Positions 15,003 through 22,862 of a stretch of DNA of 36,638 nucleotides are shown piece by piece; within the stretch, counting starts at the first letter, position 1, and each line of letters begins with the position of its first letter. Location: IMG/VR virus record IMGVR_UViG_3300045988_109756, positions 1 to 36,638 of that record, one strand, 5' to 3'. The DNA is from a virus. The notes under the pieces were generated by a model, which was not told the origin of the DNA, did no database searches, and was given only the letters and a program-made list of their open reading frames with translations. The translations under genes and the position numbers were made by a program.

Positions 15003-16454
15003 ATGAATTCATATCCTGCTGAATTTTCAAGGTTAATGAGTTTAGGGGTCCGGCCAGCCGGTATCGCTTCGGTATGGTTGCGGTTTGCTCCGCAGGCTAG
15101 TACGAATGTCAATATCGAAATGAAGCCGGAGCAAATTCTAAGCATTACATGTGTTGACGAAGTCGACCCATTGTCACGTACACTTCCTACAGAATCGGTT
15201 ACTGTCGAAATCATTGATTTCGATGGAACACTGGACCCGGATAACCCGAGAGCTTCAAAACTGTATTACGGACGTTACTACATGATTGATATTCGACTCG
15301 GGCTTGAAAGTGACACTTCTCCTGATACCACAATCATGGGTCCGGAGTTACACTACTTCTCCACACGTGTCCCCACGTACTCGAACGGGATATTAAAGTT
15401 TACGGGCACAAGGCTTTTCGGGGTCATGCTTGACTCGTATACAAACATGCCTGTTCAGGTCAGCGACATGCTAGAGCTAACTAAAAGTGTGTTTTCACAA
15501 GTAGGGATTGCGTCATCTGAGTACTCAATCCCCAGTGGATTGACTTCTCGCGGTGTAGATTTGGGGGCGATGCTTCCTATTGCATCTTGTACGAATACGC
15601 TCCTCACAATCGCAAATCAGTGTGGCTATCAGTTGCGGACAAACAGTTCCGGCCAGGTTCAAATGAGCTATGAGCTGTATAGCAACCTCACGCCAACGCT
15701 TATTACGTCAAGGGACATATTGGAGACACCTTCGGTTGAAACCATCCCGCTTGTGCGTGATATCATTATCGATATCAGTAATGTAAAGAATAAAACCCTG
15801 GTGTCAAGCGAGATGGAAGAGATTGGAAGCTTGGTAGGGTTGTACGCCACAGGCGTTACACATCATGAGTTTGTTGAATTTACGTCTTGCCCGTATCTCC
15901 CGAATGGAGCTTGGCCGCCGGATATCTCTTACGGTATCGTTAACGGCACTATTACGCATGCGGAAATTTACCGCTTGGGCGCTTACGTTGATTTCACAGT
16001 AACATCTTCCGAAAAAGAGGTTGAGATCACATTTAAGTCGAGAACCGTAAGTCAATACAATATGTGCCGAGTGTTCCATGTGAATAATGACGGAGAGGAC
16101 GAACAAATATCAAACCCGTTAGAAAATGGAAGTTGGCATATATCGAGTCTAGCACAGATGCACGGTGAATATCTGAACGATAACCGACGAACCTATACGA
16201 TATCCTATCGCGGGGATCCGCAAATTGAGGTTATGGACATTATTCGTGTTCAGCTTCCGTATTACGGTGTTATTGAGTGTTTGGTTTTGAGAACAGAATT
16301 GACTTTGAGCACTTCTTATACCGGTATACTGCTTGTAAAACCGATTGAAAAGCTAAAAGGGAAAATTGCAAGTGCGATTGCCGGACAAGCTGTTGCGGGG
16401 CAAGCAATAGCAGGTGTTAGACTCTATAAGGGTGAATTGGGAGGTACTACCTGA
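15003..16454 (+). CDS. tail tip / baseplate-hub-like protein
   Basis: 483 aa, the second gene after the tape measure gene. Confidence 0.5.
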   Translation: MNSYPAEFSRLMSLGVRPAGIASVWLRFAPQASTNVNIEMKPEQILSITCVDEVDPLSRTLPTESVTVEIIDFDGTLDPDNPRASKLYYGRYYMIDIRLGLESDTSPDTTIMGPELHYFSTRVPTYSNGILKFTGTRLFGVMLDSYTNMPVQVSDMLELTKSVFSQVGIASSEYSIPSGLTSRGVDLGAMLPIASCTNTLLTIANQCGYQLRTNSSGQVQMSYELYSNLTPTLITSRDILETPSVETIPLVRDIIIDISNVKNKTLVSSEMEEIGSLVGLYATGVTHHEFVEFTSCPYLPNGAWPPDISYGIVNGTITHAEIYRLGAYVDFTVTSSEKEVEITFKSRTVSQYNMCRVFHVNNDGEDEQISNPLENGSWHISSLAQMHGEYLNDNRRTYTISYRGDPQIEVMDIIRVQLPYYGVIECLVLRTELTLSTSYTGILLVKPIEKLKGKIASAIAGQAVAGQAIAGVRLYKGELGGTT

Positions 16455-17758
16455 TGGAAAAGAAAACATTTATCGATAATGAAACGGTCATTGATGCCGC
16501 TTTTCTGAATGGTCTGCAGGATGACGTCGCAAGTAAGATTGATTCTACGAAGCAGGCTTCTAAGACGCCCACCATGACACAGCCGGTCGGCGTCGACACC
16601 AACGGCGCACTGTGGGTTCCTGGTGACAAGCAGTATTGTATCACGGTCAATAGCGATGCGTCCGGTCATCTTACCGCAGATAAGACGTTCAGTGAAATCG
16701 ACGCAGCTTCTAACGCCGGCTACGAACTTTACTGCGCTTTCTACCCTGAGGGTAGCACTTACCCAATGCGTCTTCCGCTGGTTTCCGAAGAGCACGGGTA
16801 TTGTTTTAGTGCTGTTACTGCAACCCCCGAGGGAGCCAGTACCACCCTGACCGCTGTGACAATTGTAAGCGATTCAGATATTCGCTTACAGGATATACCG
16901 CTTCAACCTTACATTCTCGGGGGTCCCGTCACATATGCAGCACAGACCGTCAGCGAAGAGAAGAAAGCCCAGGCTCGAAGCAATATTAACGCTAAAAATG
17001 CCACTTCGTTACGTTTGCAATTCTTAATTAAGAATGGTGCTATCGCTGTTTTTCGTGTCGGTGTTGGTGATATAACCGGAACCGCAGCGGCGTTAATTCT
17101 TGATGCTTACAATTCCAATCAGGATATCAGATTTGAATTTGTGCATAATTCTGCTCTTGGTGAGGGTAGCTTGAATCTAAAGGGTGCACCCAATGAAAAC
17201 CTGGTTAGGGTATATGGGTCTACAAGCAAAGGCTGGATTGAAATCACTTGGAAAAACGACGCATGGTCCTATGTGTTTACCCCTGCGACGTCAACTGAGG
17301 AATGGTCTGTTGTAGCAGATTTGAATCTGCCTGACACGGTAGATAGATACCATATTCAGCTGAGGTACGACTTGAAAAAACTTAGATTTACGTTAATGAC
17401 CAATATTGGGAACCCTTCGCAAATCTTTGTTTATCCGAACGTGTCCGACCTGCCTAACGATTTCAAAGAAGCAGCACTGTTTTATGCCCCGGAAGCAGAC
17501 TACTCCACCGGCGTATTCATGTGCGGCGAGGTTGATATGACAAAGAGAACACCTCTTGATGCGAATATGGTCATGGTTCCAGCTGAAACATGCGTTCGTT
17601 TGCAAGAAGCAAACGCTCCTGGGACAGACCCGGTAATGAAACGTTGGGTGTATGTTGCTAGTGAGGCGGTGCCTGCTATCGAAAGCCTTTTCCTATATAG
17701 CGATCAAGACAAACTTCCCGAGGGTTCTCGTATTATCGTCGAGGGGGTGACGTTGTGA
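16454..17758 (+). CDS. putative receptor-binding / tail fibre protein
   Basis: 434 aa, the last structural gene before the lysis cassette, with RBS gggagg. Confidence 0.45.
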   Translation: MEKKTFIDNETVIDAAFLNGLQDDVASKIDSTKQASKTPTMTQPVGVDTNGALWVPGDKQYCITVNSDASGHLTADKTFSEIDAASNAGYELYCAFYPEGSTYPMRLPLVSEEHGYCFSAVTATPEGASTTLTAVTIVSDSDIRLQDIPLQPYILGGPVTYAAQTVSEEKKAQARSNINAKNATSLRLQFLIKNGAIAVFRVGVGDITGTAAALILDAYNSNQDIRFEFVHNSALGEGSLNLKGAPNENLVRVYGSTSKGWIEITWKNDAWSYVFTPATSTEEWSVVADLNLPDTVDRYHIQLRYDLKKLRFTLMTNIGNPSQIFVYPNVSDLPNDFKEAALFYAPEADYSTGVFMCGEVDMTKRTPLDANMVMVPAETCVRLQEANAPGTDPVMKRWVYVASEAVPAIESLFLYSDQDKLPEGSRIIVEGVTL

Positions 17759-18039
17759 CGTGGTATGAGATGTTAATTGCAGCCGGGGGTGTGGTTGGTG
17801 CAATTGGTATGATTGCCGGAAAAGTCGGAAAACCGCTTCTTCAACTCCTAGCCGACGTGCGAAAACTAACAGAACATGACCGGGAGCAATACTTGGCAAT
17901 TCTGCGGCTTACTACTATGTCCCGGGATATGCCAATTTCGGAGCGGATTATTGCCGGACAGAGGTATATTGAACTCGGCGGCAACGGAGGCGTGAAAAAA
18001 TACTATGAACAGCTGCTCAAAGAGCACACGGTACAGTGA
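17755..18039 (+). CDS. small N-terminal-TM protein in the lysis-cassette position
   Basis: A GTG start overlaps the previous stop. One hydrophobic segment (LIAAGGVVGAIGMIAG) is present. Confidence 0.4.
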   Translation: MTWYEMLIAAGGVVGAIGMIAGKVGKPLLQLLADVRKLTEHDREQYLAILRLTTMSRDMPISERIIAGQRYIELGGNGGVKKYYEQLLKEHTVQ

Positions 18040-18052
18040 AAGGAAGGTATTT

Positions 18053-18328
18053 ATGGAATTTCTGAATGATTATCTGGTCGCGGTCGTGGTTGGTATTTGC
18101 TTGTGTATCGGCTACGTTCTGAAACACGCAATCCCGTCGGACAAAATTAACCGCTTTATCCCGCTGCTGATGTTGGTGCTGGGCGCAATCGTCAACGTGT
18201 GGCTGCATGATTTTACCCTGTCGCCGGAAATTTTGCTTGGTGGCATGGCGTCCGGTCTGGCGTCGACGGGGATGCACCAGGCGTATAAACAGATGATTGA
18301 AGGTGGCGCAAATGCAGATCATAGCTAA
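18053..18328 (+). CDS. holin
   Basis: 91 aa with 2-3 TM segments (MEFLNDYLVAVVVGICLCIGYVLK.., IPLLMLVLGAIVNVWL), immediately upstream of the endolysin and overlapping it. Confidence 0.65.
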   Translation: MEFLNDYLVAVVVGICLCIGYVLKHAIPSDKINRFIPLLMLVLGAIVNVWLHDFTLSPEILLGGMASGLASTGMHQAYKQMIEGGANADHS

Positions 18329-19115
18329 ATACCTGACGCAGAATCCGTATTTCCGGGACGGGCGGTGGATCACAGGCCCAGCCTTCCGGGGGTTCTTCCT
18401 TCACTCCGTTGGCGTCGGTCAGCCGGACCCGCTGGTTTTCATCCGGCAGTGGGACAAGCCCAGCTTCACCTACGCTGGAATCAACGGATTCATTGGAGCC
18501 GATGCGGTCTATCTGACGGCCCCATGTTTGGAGACGCCGGGCAAGGTGAAGCGTATGCCCCACGCAGGGAAGCCTGCCGGGAACAATGGGTATATCGGTT
18601 TTGAGATGTGCGAACCGGCACAGATTCATTATACGGTCGGCGCAAGCTTTACCGTGCGGGACAAGGCTGCGGCCCAGGCGTATTGCCGCAAGACGTACCA
18701 GAACGCTGTGCAGCTCTTTGCACGGCTGTGCAGCTTCCACGGCAAGAACCCGCTGCAGAACGGTGTGATTCTGAGCCACAACGAAGGTGGAAAACGTGGT
18801 ATTGCAAGCGGACACGTCGACCCGGAGCATCTGTGGCGCGGCCTGGGTCTGCCGTATACGATGGCAGGATTCCGGCAAGATGTGGCAAGTGCAATGAAAC
18901 CAAAGGAGGAAATCGACATGACGAAAGCAGAAGTGGTGGCGCTGATCGACGAGCGCATCCAAGTGGCCCTAGAGGGAAAGAACACGACGGCAAGCGATTG
19001 GGCAAAGGAGGAGCTGGCCCAGGCGGTCGCGGCGGGGATCACCGACGGCACACGGCCGGGCGGCTACGCCAAACGCGAAGAAGTCGCAGCGATGGTGCTG
19101 CGGAGCCGCAAATAA
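18312..19115 (+). CDS. endolysin, N-acetylmuramoyl-L-alanine amidase (Amidase_2/PGRP-like)
   Basis: FFLHSVGV, NGYIGFEMCEP and SHNEGGKRGIASGHVDPEHLW motifs. It follows the holin. Confidence 0.75.
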   Translation: MQIIAKYLTQNPYFRDGRWITGPAFRGFFLHSVGVGQPDPLVFIRQWDKPSFTYAGINGFIGADAVYLTAPCLETPGKVKRMPHAGKPAGNNGYIGFEMCEPAQIHYTVGASFTVRDKAAAQAYCRKTYQNAVQLFARLCSFHGKNPLQNGVILSHNEGGKRGIASGHVDPEHLWRGLGLPYTMAGFRQDVASAMKPKEEIDMTKAEVVALIDERIQVALEGKNTTASDWAKEELAQAVAAGITDGTRPGGYAKREEVAAMVLRSRK

Positions 19116-19121
19116 GTCAAA

Positions 19122-19232
19122 TTAGGTGAGTTAGGTGAGTAATCGGGTTAAAATCCCTATAACTTCCTCTTAGTACGCGCGTATTAGAAAGAGTTTATAG
19201 GAAAAACACCCGATTACTCACCTTTATCACCT
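19122..19232. repeat. 111-bp extended imperfect palindrome, copy 1 (copy 2 at 35139-35249)
   Basis: The outer 26 nt and 24 nt are identical between copies. The arms GGTGAGTAATCGGG / CCCGATTACTCACC and CCTATAAC / GTTTATAGG surround the centre TACGCGCGTA. GGTGAG boxes with 9-bp spacing lie on each arm. Confidence 0.9.
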
Positions 19233-19238
19233 AAACGC

Positions 19239-19279
19239 AAAAAAAGACACTCTCTACCAATTAAGGTAAAGAGTGTCTT
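19239..19279 (-). terminator. rho-independent terminator of the integrase gene
   Basis: On the - strand, the stem AAGACACTCT/AGAGTGTCTT (overlapping the last int codons) is followed by a T7 run, seen as the A7 run at 19239-19245 on the + strand. Confidence 0.75.
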
Positions 19280-20922
19280 TTGGTTTGAACAAGAATCGAC
19301 CCGTATGCTATGTATGGTTCGACTCGAAATTCAATGGTACACGAGCATTGGCGATTCTCGAACCCCTTTGTTTTATCGGTAGGGTTCTTTTCAATCGTAA
19401 ACGTCCTAGTCGCCTTCGACGTGATGTTATATGCTGTGGTGATCTTATACCCGTCCGGTTCATCCCATACCGTAACTGAGTTAATCAGCAGGTCGACAAG
19501 TCGTCTACGGAACGTCTCATCCTCAATATCTCCCTGTTTAAACTGACTCAACCAAAATATAATCATATCACGGTCGATTTTGTAAATTCGCCCTTCTTCT
19601 AATTCAATCTCCTCGGCCAGCTCTTTTTTCTGCTGCTCAAGCTTGACTAGTCGGTTCATCAAAGAGTCAGATGCGATTCCCTTTTCTATAGCAGTCGTGA
19701 TATTTTCAATAGACTTCTCAACCTCTGTCATATGCGCTGTTAGCTGAGGAATGCGCGTTTTCTCAAACATATCCAGCTCACTCTGCCGGATTGCCATATC
19801 AGCAATCTCATCTATCAACTGATCGGTCAGGAGATTCAAAGCGTCTTGAACCACGATATCTTCAATATATTCTTTTCGTAACGGTCGTTTGTCGCAGCCG
19901 TTTCCATTTTTACGGTTGCTGCAGGAGTAGTAATGATACACAGTCCCGCGCCTGCCGGTTCCACATTCACCATTCATGTAAGCCCCACAGTGGCCGCAGA
20001 ACAGCTTTCCAGAAAGAATGTAATCTACCTTTCCAGTACCACGTGCGGGCGCTACAGCGGCTCTATCCATCCTCAGCTGCACTCTATCAAACAATTCTTT
20101 GTCGATGATTGCAGGAATGCCGTTTTCAATGTGAATATCCTTGTACTTGTAGGTGCCAATGTACCGAATATTTCTAAATATTGACCGGAAGCTATTGCAG
20201 TTGAACTCACCGTTTTTAGCGGTTCTATAACCTGCCGAATTAAATTTCCTGCAGATGTCGGCAATTCTCATGCCGTTGGCATAAAGCGTGAATGCTTCCT
20301 GGACGATATGTGCTGTATCAGGATTGACTACGAGTTTGTGATTCTCCACCTTGTAGCCGAGCGGAATATGTCCACCGATGCTTTGACATTTCATAGCAGA
20401 TTCGCGCATACCTCGCGACACCTTTTGGGAAAGCTCAGCGGAGAAAAATTCAGCCATACCTTCCAGCACAGATTCCAGGATGATACTTTCCGGGCTGTCC
20501 GTGAGGTGTTCTGTGGCGGAGAGGACTTTTACACCGTTCTTTCGCAGACGCATCTTCATAATCGCGCTGTCGTTACGGTTACGAGCGAACCGGTCAAGCT
20601 TCCAAACAACAACGTATTCCCAACGTCGCTTTGCGCTGTCGGAGATCAATTTTAGAAGGTGGACACGCTTTTCTATGCTTCTGGCGGTGGTTGCCCGATC
20701 AATATAAACCGCGACAATCCTGTAATTATTCGCTTTGCAAAAAGCACGGCAATCACGAAGCTGCCCTTCAATGGATTGGTCACTCTGGCCTGTGGAGCTG
20801 TATCGTAGATACAAAGCTACATTATGTTCACCGTTATATAGGGTGAAGGGATCCTCTTCAAATTGGGCCAATTCTTCTTCTGTTAACCACGAAAGATCAA
20901 TTGGAAATTTTGTAATTGACAT
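19261..20922 (-). CDS. int: large serine recombinase (integrase)
   Basis: Resolvase catalytic domain (LYLRYSSTGQS, LDRFARNRND), a recombinase domain, a zinc ribbon (CGHCGAYM..YYSCSNRKNGNGC) and a coiled coil. ATG 20922 is preceded by an aaggaaa RBS. Confidence 0.9.
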   Translation of the reverse strand: MSITKFPIDLSWLTEEELAQFEEDPFTLYNGEHNVALYLRYSSTGQSDQSIEGQLRDCRAFCKANNYRIVAVYIDRATTARSIEKRVHLLKLISDSAKRRWEYVVVWKLDRFARNRNDSAIMKMRLRKNGVKVLSATEHLTDSPESIILESVLEGMAEFFSAELSQKVSRGMRESAMKCQSIGGHIPLGYKVENHKLVVNPDTAHIVQEAFTLYANGMRIADICRKFNSAGYRTAKNGEFNCNSFRSIFRNIRYIGTYKYKDIHIENGIPAIIDKELFDRVQLRMDRAAVAPARGTGKVDYILSGKLFCGHCGAYMNGECGTGRRGTVYHYYSCSNRKNGNGCDKRPLRKEYIEDIVVQDALNLLTDQLIDEIADMAIRQSELDMFEKTRIPQLTAHMTEVEKSIENITTAIEKGIASDSLMNRLVKLEQQKKELAEEIELEEGRIYKIDRDMIIFWLSQFKQGDIEDETFRRRLVDLLINSVTVWDEPDGYKITTAYNITSKATRTFTIEKNPTDKTKGFENRQCSCTIEFRVEPYIAYGSILVQTKRHSLP

Positions 20923-21119
20923 ATATCTATTTCCTTTACACAATTTAACATGGCAAATTGAATAAAAAGTGCTATAATACTCTTGACACTAATACGTAGG
21001 AAGTATTTCTTTAGGACAGGATAGGAGTAGAGTATGTCATACCACTAATGAAAGCACAGTTTCCGAAGAGGAAGCTGTTGCAATGTTTGAAGCACTCAGC
21101 GCGGATCAACAGAAACATA

Positions 21120-21443
21120 TTATTTCTCTTTTACGAACTCTCGCATCGCCCCAAGCACAATCGATTTCTGTTCAGGTGTCAATTGACGGTACAAGGATTT
21201 AAATTCCGGAGAAAGCCCATCATCGGTTTCGGTGGTGAGCTTTTCTTTTTTATCGGTTTTTCCAATAAGATAATCAACAGATACGTCGAAATAAGATGCA
21301 ATTCTTGAAAGAATTTCCGGTTTGGGCAAGGCTCCGTTTTTCCAGCCAGTAATTGTACCCGACGAAACGCCTAATTCTTTCCCGACAGGGTTAGGTTTTT
21401 TACCCATTAACGTACATTCTTCAAGAAACCTTTCCCAAAACAT
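21120..21443 (-). CDS. XRE/CI-like repressor
   Basis: HTH segment PNPVGKELGVSSGTITGWKNGALPKPEILSRIASYFDVSVDYLIG. It is divergent from the early rightward promoter. Confidence 0.8.
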   Translation of the reverse strand: MFWERFLEECTLMGKKPNPVGKELGVSSGTITGWKNGALPKPEILSRIASYFDVSVDYLIGKTDKKEKLTTETDDGLSPEFKSLYRQLTPEQKSIVLGAMREFVKEK

Positions 21444-21478
21444 AATCTCACCACACTAAGAAAATTTTAGAATATCTC

Positions 21479-21507
21479 TTGACAATCTTAGTTGGCTGAG
21501 ATATACT
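21479..21507 (+). promoter_or_regulatory. early rightward promoter (PR-like)
   Basis: TTGACA at 21479-21484, a 17-nt spacer, then TATACT at 21502-21507. It is flanked by AAGAAAATTT boxes at about 21457-21470 and 21523-21536. Confidence 0.7.
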
Positions 21508-21676
21508 TATATCGTAAACAAGAAAATTTGGCAGCAAAAACCCGGCCACCGAAATCCTCTTTTTTCGGCGGCTACTCTAGCCAATGGTTTAATTGTCTCG
21601 CACACTAATTGTACCATTCTGCTTTTTCGGTGTCAAGTTTTTTCGTTTGCAAGAAAAACATGAAAGGAGTTTTCTT

Positions 21677-21895
21677 ATGAATGATCGAGAGACGATCCGA
21701 TACCGATTGAGCGTCAACCACCTGTCTTCTGTGTGGCTGATCGGTATGCTTCGAAAACGGGGCATCGAAACAAGCGCTTCGGTCGTAAGCGCAATCCTAG
21801 CCGGGACCCGTAACGGGCCTACAGTAAATAAGATCATCGCCGAGTCCACATCTATCTTGGACTGGTATGAGAAGCAGGTCGGTGAAATGACATGA
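21677..21895 (+). CDS. Cro-like small DNA-binding protein (putative)
   Basis: 72 aa, the first gene after the rightward promoter. RBS gaaaggag lies 7 nt upstream. Confidence 0.5.
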   Translation: MNDRETIRYRLSVNHLSSVWLIGMLRKRGIETSASVVSAILAGTRNGPTVNKIIAESTSILDWYEKQVGEMT

Positions 21896-22053
21896 GTTGC
21901 TCGTTTGTACCGGAAGAACAAGGAAATGCGAAAGCGTTTTGCTTGCTTCTCATTCAGAAAGTCGCGGATTATTTCCGCAGCAGTGAGAATCAAGAAAAAT
22001 TCAATCAGTGGTACGAACAAAAACACGGAGGCCCGTACCGGTGTGACAAATGA
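21892..22053 (+). CDS. 53-aa hypothetical protein
   Basis: ATGA overlap with the previous stop. The sequence MSCSFVPEEQGNAKAFCLLLIQKVADYFRSSENQEKFNQWYEQKHG.. looks more protein-like than the K/R-rich N-terminal extension of track ORF 21905. Confidence 0.4.
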   Translation: MSCSFVPEEQGNAKAFCLLLIQKVADYFRSSENQEKFNQWYEQKHGGPYRCDK

Positions 22054-22072
22054 GTTTGGAGGAGATCAAGAA

Positions 22073-22276
22073 ATGAAAAAGGTATATGTTGCGCTTGCGT
22101 TTCTTTCGTTTCTCTATGCATTTGGCGTTATCGGTGCGGTAGAAAGAGAAACAATATCTGCCAGTGCCGGAGTGCTTCGCGTGAGCATTGGGCTTGGGTA
22201 TTTCTGGCTTCTGAGCGAAATACTCAACATGCTTTGCCCGGTCCGGTCGGCAAGAGGAAAGGCCAGAAGGAGGTAA
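22073..22276 (+). CDS. small two-TM membrane protein
   Basis: RBS ggaggag before ATG 22073. Two hydrophobic segments are present. Confidence 0.5.
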   Translation: MKKVYVALAFLSFLYAFGVIGAVERETISASAGVLRVSIGLGYFWLLSEILNMLCPVRSARGKARRR

Positions 22277-22278
22277 AA

Positions 22279-22458
22279 ATGTTACCAAATCCGTGTGACG
22301 GCTGTAGTAGGAATTTGCCGAGCGCTGGGTGTGTATGCCCTGCCTGGAAATACTATTTCCGTGTAAATTGGGCGGAAGTCTGTAGGCCGTTTCGGCAGTT
22401 GCTAAAGCGGAAGAACGCAGGATATAACATGCAAAACAAAAAGGAGAGGGGTGTATGA
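22279..22458 (+). CDS. Cys-rich small protein
   Basis: RBS gaaggaggt precedes the start. The sequence begins MLPNPCDGCSRNLPSAGCVCPAWKYYF.. Confidence 0.5.
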   Translation: MLPNPCDGCSRNLPSAGCVCPAWKYYFRVNWAEVCRPFRQLLKRKNAGYNMQNKKERGV

Positions 22459-22862
22459 TGAGCAGCAACCGTAAGACTGGTAACAGTTTCGAGAAGGACT
22501 TGTGCCAAAGCTTGGCAGCGTATGGGTTCTGGGTACACAATCTTGCACAGAATAGCCAGGGCCAGCCATTTGATGTGCTTGCCGCGAGAAATGGTGTTAG
22601 CTATCCCATTGATTGTAAAGTCTGTTCTCGAAACATATTTAAGACAGAGCGCATCGAAGAAAACCAATTTTCCGCTATGTCGCTTTGGCACGAGACAGGA
22701 AATGGCCATGGTTGGTTTGCGCTTAGATTGACAAATGGATCCGTTTACATGATTCCCTTCCTAGATATGGCTGCGCGTATGCTCGTTAAAGCCACATTGA
22801 ATGCGAACGAGATTAGAACCCTCGGATGGACGCTTCGAGAGTGGGTGTCCCAATGCAAGTAA
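22455..22862 (+). CDS. Holliday junction resolvase, Hjc-like PD-(D/E)xK nuclease
   Basis: GNSFEKDLCQSLAAYGFWVH..QPFDVLAARNGVSYPIDCK matches the E..D..D/ExK layout of archaeal-type resolvases. Confidence 0.6.
   Translation: MMSSNRKTGNSFEKDLCQSLAAYGFWVHNLAQNSQGQPFDVLAARNGVSYPIDCKVCSRNIFKTERIEENQFSAMSLWHETGNGHGWFALRLTNGSVYMIPFLDMAARMLVKATLNANEIRTLGWTLREWVSQCK

Noticed and set aside
15003-17758. Looked for a diversity-generating retroelement (template/variable repeats) or an invertible segment in the tail-tip and receptor-binding genes
   Set aside because: No reverse transcriptase gene exists anywhere in the genome. No repeated segment matching the 3' ends of these genes was seen by eye, and no inverted repeats flank them.
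18213-19129. Stack of overlapping ORFs in several frames and on both strands across the endolysin gene
   Set aside because: This segment is visibly GC-rich, so stop codons are rare in every frame. Only the 18312-19115 frame carries amidase motifs and sits correctly after the holin.
19122-19232. The 111-bp palindrome as a tRNA, tmRNA fragment or CRISPR repeat
   Set aside because: There is no cloverleaf, T-loop (GGTTCGA) or acceptor features. Only two copies exist, their interiors differ, and no spacer architecture is present.
21037-21198. Plus-strand frame reading ..STVSEEEAVAMFEALSADQQKHIISLLRTLASPQ.., which resembles the C-terminal tail of XRE repressors
   Set aside because: No start codon precedes the internal ATG (MFEAL..), and half of it is simply the antisense of the real repressor 3' end. 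It is treated as coincidence or a decayed remnant. It is mentioned only in connection with the antisense promoter finding.
21905-22072. N-terminal 56 codons of track ORF 21905-22276
   Set aside because: The translation is K/R-rich and looks out of frame. A different frame gives a plausible 53-aa protein with an ATGA overlap. The membrane protein has its own ggaggag RBS and ATG at 22073.
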